Shown here: positions 58,857-64,000 of the stretch, piece by piece
How the letters are laid out: each line of letters starts with the position of its first letter
How positions within the stretch are numbered: position 1 is the stretch's first letter
Source: Haliotis cracherodii
Lineage: Eukaryota
DNA: 64,000 bases
Direction of reading: 5' to 3'
Assembly: GCF_022045235.1 (NCBI RefSeq)
Contig: NW_027266343.1
Location: 51,336,001-51,400,000 of the forward strand
Program-made: the position numbers and the translations under genes
The notes under the pieces: model-generated
What the model saw: only the letters and a program-made list of their open reading frames with translations
Told to the model about the DNA's origin: nothing
The model's database searches: none

Positions 58857-59447
58857 ATGATGAAGATAGTCGCCGCTCTTGTTGCCTGCCTGGCTGTTAC
58901 CGCCTTTGCCGAGCCTACCGGTCTGTATGGTGGAATTGGCGGGTTGAAAGGAGGACTGGGCGGAATTGGCTACGGAATGGGTGGATTGTACGGAGGCCTT
59001 GGAGGTCTGTACGGAGGCTATGGAGGTCTGTACGGAGGCATGGGAGGTCTATACGGAGGCGTGGGAGGTCTATACGGAGGCATGGGAGGTCTATACGGAG
59101 GCATGGGAGGTCTGTACGGAGGACTTGGAGGCTATGCTGGTCTCTACGGCGGAATTGGAGGATACGGAATGGGATTGGGAAAAGGTATTTCACAAAATAT
59201 GATATCATTTGTTTATCGTATCCCACTTTCAGTCTCATTTGCAAAATTATATAATTTACCTATGTGGTATTATTATTTACGCGACAAAGCTGATGACATT
59301 TACAAAATATCTTTAAAATTATTCTCTGCTTTCTCTAATATTTGGTTTAGCTTATCATGCAGCTAGTTTCAAGATTTCGTTGTGACTTATCAATATATCC
59401 CAACTTTATTCTACTATTTTTTTGTTTCAGGTATCGGCTATTATTGA
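58857..59447 (+). CDS. GGLYGGX-repeat secreted protein, copy 15 (terminal); join(58857..59184,59431..59447), 114 aa
   Basis: One substitution, G94A (GGYAGLY); TATA, splice sites and AATAAA intact. Confidence 0.92.
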
Positions 59448-60020
59448 GTTATTATCACCTGCAGTGTGATGCTGGCTATCTATGTATATTCGCAAACCAA
59501 TGGAATTGGTTCAATAAAATCTTGTCATATTTATTTACGCCTTGAAATTTGTTTGAGAACCTGAAAACTGAATTGAATGTTCACAATGGAAGAGTGATCT
59601 ATGTTTCTCCATATTGTAAACTCTGGACATTGTACGTGTTGTAGACCAGTATCCAAGCACTTAAATGATATTGCGTTTTACTTCAAGTTAAGATATCAAC
59701 TACTGAAATGTGTATTAAGTTCCTGAGGAAACCGGACATGATGATAAGAGGAGGGATTTTATGCTTGATATATCTCCCACAAAATGTCACTTACCCGAGT
59801 TCATGTTTCAGGGGAATGTATCATTTGGGCTGCCACGAAAGGGTTTGATGGCCATTTGAAGTACTATAATATCTGGAATTGGCTGGCTGTATTTCAATTT
59901 GCATTTACAGAAGGAGGTAGAGATACACATGTATTCATATACATGCATGCAGTTTATTCACTGGTGGCGTAATTAATAATAAATGGTCGCGGAGCGGTAT
60001 TCTGTATTAATAATAAAGGG

Positions 60021-63000
60021 TTACTCGAATCTATTAGTCGACAGTATATAATTTTGAACGCTGTTGAAGATGAGGTTATTGTGACTTGCAGATAGGGATA
60101 CATCACCGTAGAGAATATTTTGTATTGTACATGTAGTACCAGCTTTTATAATGTTAGCGAACATGATATTTCTGGGAATAGTGTAATTAGGACATTCAAG
60201 AAAAAAGTGTATGTTGTTTTCACATGGGTTTCCACAAGAGCAGGACAAAGTATCAGATAAATTTACTTTAAAGAGGTCTGCATTTAGGGAACTACAAGAA
60301 TGCCTTAGGCGTGTATGTAAAATATTAGCTCTACGGTTGCCGATTGAGAAGTATGGAGGTGGAGCTGTAATGGTTGTTTTAATCATATGTTTAAAATTTG
60401 ATAATGATGTTGCACTTCTGTATTCAGGGGGTAACTCATTCCATAATTTGATTGAAGAAGGTATAACTGATTGTTGGTATGTAACTGTTCGTGCTTGCGT
60501 CAAATTCAGATTATTCTGATTTCGTAACTCATATCTACTAAAAGTTGATACTTTGGGTAGTAACATGTCATGTAAATACGATGGGCATAGATTATTAACA
60601 ATACTGTAGATTGTACAAAGTTTTTTATTTGACCTTCTATAAGATAGTGATTCCCATCCTGTCTCAAAATATAAACTCGATCTTGAGGAGAATTTAGGGA
60701 GACCTGTTACTATGCGAGCGGCTTCGAGTTGAATCATTTCAAGTTTTTCGGAATTTTCATGACTGCAGTTGTCCCATACCTCTGAAGTATATTCTAATAT
60801 AGGCCTTATGAAAACAAGATAGACTTTGGACAGGGTTTGTCTATCAAGTAAATATTTAACGGTTCTTTACGAACAAATCATTTTGGAAGCTGAGCGGCAA
60901 ATTTTATCAACGTGAGTTGTCCACTTCATATCATGGGAGAGAGTAACGCCCATATGTTTGTGCGAGATAGATGCGCTAAGTGCGGTATTGTTATAAATAA
61001 TATCTGCAGTGCGGTTTTTACAATGAGTGAACAGAATAAATGTTGTTTTGTCCGGGTTAAACTTAACTAGCCATCTATTGGCCCAGGTATTGAGAAGCTC
61101 TAGATCACTGTTTAATCTGTGTTCTATCATTTGTAAGTGAAGAGATGATGTACCAATGGAAGTATCGTCTGCAAAAAGGCGAGAGGAATTCACTAGATTA
61201 TCAGCGAGATCGTTTATGTAGACCAGAAACAAAAAGGGACCTAATACCGAGCCCTGGGGGACACCGGCTCTGGTGAATTTCAAAGATGAAAAGCTGCCAT
61301 TTACAAAAACCTTTTGTCTCCTCTGACTAATATAGTCTTCTAACCATAGTAATAGCTTGCCCGTTACACCGTATTTTTGTAATTTATGAAGTTATCCTTT
61401 ATGCCAAACTCTGTCAAATGCTTTCGATATATCCCAAAATACCATACAATAGTATTCGTGCTTGTCAACAGATGAGACAATATCATTATAAATTTCTATT
61501 AATTGTGACGTAGTAGAATGTCCTGGTACAAAGCCGGATTGATATTTGTACAGGAGACTATTCATATTGAAATAGTTGTATAAGCGTTTAAAAACTAATA
61601 TCTCCTGTAGTTTTCCAAGAATAGATAATAAGCTAATTGGTCTGTAGTTTGAGGGTAATGCTTTGTCACCTTTCTTGTATAATGGCATGACGTCAGCAAG
61701 TTTCCAGTTTTCTGGAAAGATTGCTTCTTTTAAAGATCGATTTAAAATTATACATAATGGGATGGCAATACTGTCAGCCAAGGGTTTTAAGAGTCTAGGG
61801 TTTATATTATCTGGTCCGCTTGATTTATTGCAAGGTAGAGACTTTATGAGATCGCTTATTTCTAATTCAGTAACTGTGATATCCGAGAGAGAGGTTTCAC
61901 AACGTTGACTGAAATCTGGAAGCGGTTGATTTCCGTCATCAACATCACAAATAGAAACAAAATAGTTATTGAGTACATCAGCCTTTTCGACATCGGTAAA
62001 TGCTGTGGGTTTATTAAGGTCGGTACACAGAGGGGGGATACATGCTGGTGAATTAGCATTTTTGATGATGAATCTCAATAATTTCCAGTAGTTGGTACTG
62101 TTTGAGTTCAGATGTGTTTCCAACAAGCCGTTAATGTTGCTATAGTATTTTTCTTTGGCTATCTTTTTCATATTATTAAATTTGTTTCTTTGCTTTTTGT
62201 AGTTGGCAAGATCGCTTAGTTTACCAGTTCGTAATGCCTTTTTTCGATAGCGGTCTCTGGAGCGACGCTCCCTTCTGAGGTCATTATCGAACCATGGTTT
62301 GTCCGTTGGGCGAATAGTTACACACTTAGAGGGTATATAGTCGTGCATGTAGTTTTTCAGTTGGGAGTGGAATTTGTCACACATTTCATTAACGTCCAGA
62401 CATTCTTTAAAAAACTCGTTCCAATTTTTATTCTTAATTTGTATATTCATTTTTGCAAAGTTAGCTTGTTTGTAGAGCCATACGTTTCTTCTATATGACT
62501 TTTTTATATTAAGATATACATTAATAGATACGAAAACACCCCTGTGATCCGATACATCGGATCTAAAATCTAGTACACCGGATAAGGAACAATTACAATC
62601 ATTACTTACTAAAATAGGGTCAATAAGTTTAGCGAATGTGTTGTAATTCGTGTTGCTTCATTTATAATACTGCGTATAAGTTCTTGCGTGTTTTTATGTC
62701 ACGTAAATGGTGGATATTCGTATTGAAAAGATCTTCATTTAGGTCACCAACAAGGACGATATCACGGGAAACATCAAGTGCAGTTTCTATCATGTGCTCA
62801 AGAACAGTCCAATATGCGGTAGGGGTGTTGGGTGCGCGATAGGTGACACAAAGCAGAAAACTGTGCTGTGGTGAATAAACTTGAAACCCCATAGATTCAG
62901 AATTAATTACTTCCAAGTCTGTTCTATGCTTGACACTAAGTGAATTAGAAAAATATACAATTATACCACCTCCGAAAAAATCCCTGTCCCTCCTTTGAGG

Positions 63001-63403
63001 TTCATGGAAGAAATCAAGGAGCAGGTCGGCTGACTGAACGTTGGCGTCCAGGTGAGATTCAGTGAAGCATAACACATCGAAAACGCAGATATCATCGTAG
63101 ATTTTAGTCAATTTATGCCGGATACTTCTAATATTCAAGTGGAATATGCCTATATCATTGGTTGTGTTATTTTCTTTTGGGCCGGGATTTGGATGAATAT
63201 CACCAGCAAATGAACAATAGAAGGAGGGAGATTAATTTCATATTTACGCACAGGCCATACGTCATGACAAAACAAAGGTGCAGTATGTACATCGTGGAAT
63301 GCATTTTGAAATGGATATATACTACTTTGGTAAAAGCGTGACGCCTGAGGTAAGTTGGCATACATTTATTATAAAATAATCCAATCGTCGCCCTGTACGA
63401 CAT
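60021..63403 (-). pseudogene. LINE ORF2 (2A-like leader + APE endonuclease + reverse transcriptase), disrupted
   Basis: ORF pieces 61392-62450, 60867-61283 and 60021-60737 share one frame, separated by in-frame TAA at 61392-61394 and 60867-60869. Frameshifts occur near 63209, 62667 and 62634. Confidence 0.93.
63178..63240 (-). other. 2A/StopGo-like peptide coding sequence (KLISLLLLFI-AGDIHPNPG|P) immediately upstream of the APE domain
   Basis: The minus strand at 63207-63178 reads GCT GGT GAT ATT CAT CCA AAT CCC GGC CCA, in frame with HLNIRS. The Leu-rich run joins it if one T in ATTTGCT is removed. Confidence 0.8.
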
Positions 63404-63936
63404 GATGTCAATCAGTGCCTAATTTGGAGAGAATAATGAACCAGGTGAGGGCGACGATGAACGTATTCTCAAAGTGTTTGATAATTAGTTTGGTGAATAT
63501 GACTAATCGTATGTTAAGCGCGCCGAAGAGGCATATTGAATGTATAAGTTCTTCTTGATTGTACAAAATGTTCAAAAGTGTTGAACTGTAGTCTCTTTGT
63601 GGACAAAGGACAAACACATGAAGTATGTACAAGTAACATAGAAAAGATCCAGGAAAAAGCTGGGTCTTGTTCAAAATGAATAGAGGAAATATGATACAAA
63701 AGCGTACAGTGTGAAACATAATGATGGCGACAAGTAGGGTGTGTTCCCTCAAATTGATTTTGTTGGCTTTGGTGGAACTGTGCAAGTACAGCAATAGCTG
63801 TGACCAAGATGCATCTGATTAATGACATCTGCAGAAAGAGGTAGGTAGCTCTGAAATGATATGATGGTCACTTTCAGAATATAGATGACATTGGCATGAT
63901 ACCTAAACAGGTACAGGCCTAGAGGTCACAATGCAT

Positions 63937-63999
63937 TTATGAGTTTATCAAATCGTCAATGTCTGCAAGACAGTTGATCCAAAAACGCTTTCCGCTTTG
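63937..63999 (-). other. Possible C-terminus of LINE ORF1 (..QSGKRFWINCLADIDDLINS*), cut by window edge
   Basis: Open frame running in from the edge, about 530 nt upstream of ORF2, loosely like the basic-then-acidic tails of LINE ORF1 proteins. Only 20 codons are visible. Confidence 0.25.
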
Positions 64000-64000
64000 T

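Larger units (their letters stand above)
1..59906 (+). repeat. Head-to-tail tandem gene array, ~3,986-bp unit, 15 full units + 163-bp partial; continues beyond left edge
   Basis: The motif ATAAGAGGAGGGATTTT recurs at 1, 3970, 7962, 11948, 15934, 19921, 23908, 27894, 31859, 35824, 39809, 43796, 47783, 51770, 55757 and 59744. The whole ORF track repeats with the same period. Units differ only by scattered SNPs and small indels. Confidence 0.99.
59907..64000 (-). mobile_element. Decayed non-LTR retrotransposon (LINE, CR1 group / CR1-Zenon-like); probably extends past right edge
   Basis: APE endonuclease motifs (HLNIRS, LCFTESHL, YRAPN, VGDLN, IDPI, SDH), RT motifs (KSSGPDNI, NYRPISLLS, QSGF, DISKAFDRVWH, GVPQGSVLGP, FADDT, RPILEY) and a C-terminal CSC..H..C motif. 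The clade call is from motif style, not a search. Confidence 0.93.

Noticed and set aside
60211-62842. Plus-strand ORFs 60211-60519, 61663-61908 and 62636-62842, and junction ORF 59784-59972
   Set aside because: The first three are antisense shadows of LINE ORF2. The junction ORF is a chance read-through created by loss of the TAA at the array/LINE breakpoint.

Overview
Eukaryotic, AT-rich animal DNA; a mollusc or other lophotrochozoan is my inference from the LINE type and the protein style. Bases 1-59906 are a head-to-tail tandem array of a ~3,986-bp unit: 15 complete units plus a 163-bp partial one, very similar to each other, and the array runs off the left edge. Each unit carries one intact three-exon gene with a TATA box, a non-coding exon 1, a coding exon 2, a 17-nt coding piece in exon 3 and AATAAA. 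The spliced product is a 114-aa secreted protein (107 aa in copies 8 and 9): an 18-aa signal peptide plus a 96-aa mature chain of 52 Gly, 15 Tyr, 14 Leu and 5 Met, built on (GGLYGGX)7 and ending GLGKGIGYY. The 145-169 aa ORFs in the track are read-through into intron 2. The array ends abruptly at a decayed minus-strand CR1-group LINE (APE endonuclease plus RT) whose ORF2 has a 2A/StopGo-like peptide, LLLLFIAGDIHPNPGP, partly masked by a frameshift. The other short repeated ORFs appear spurious.
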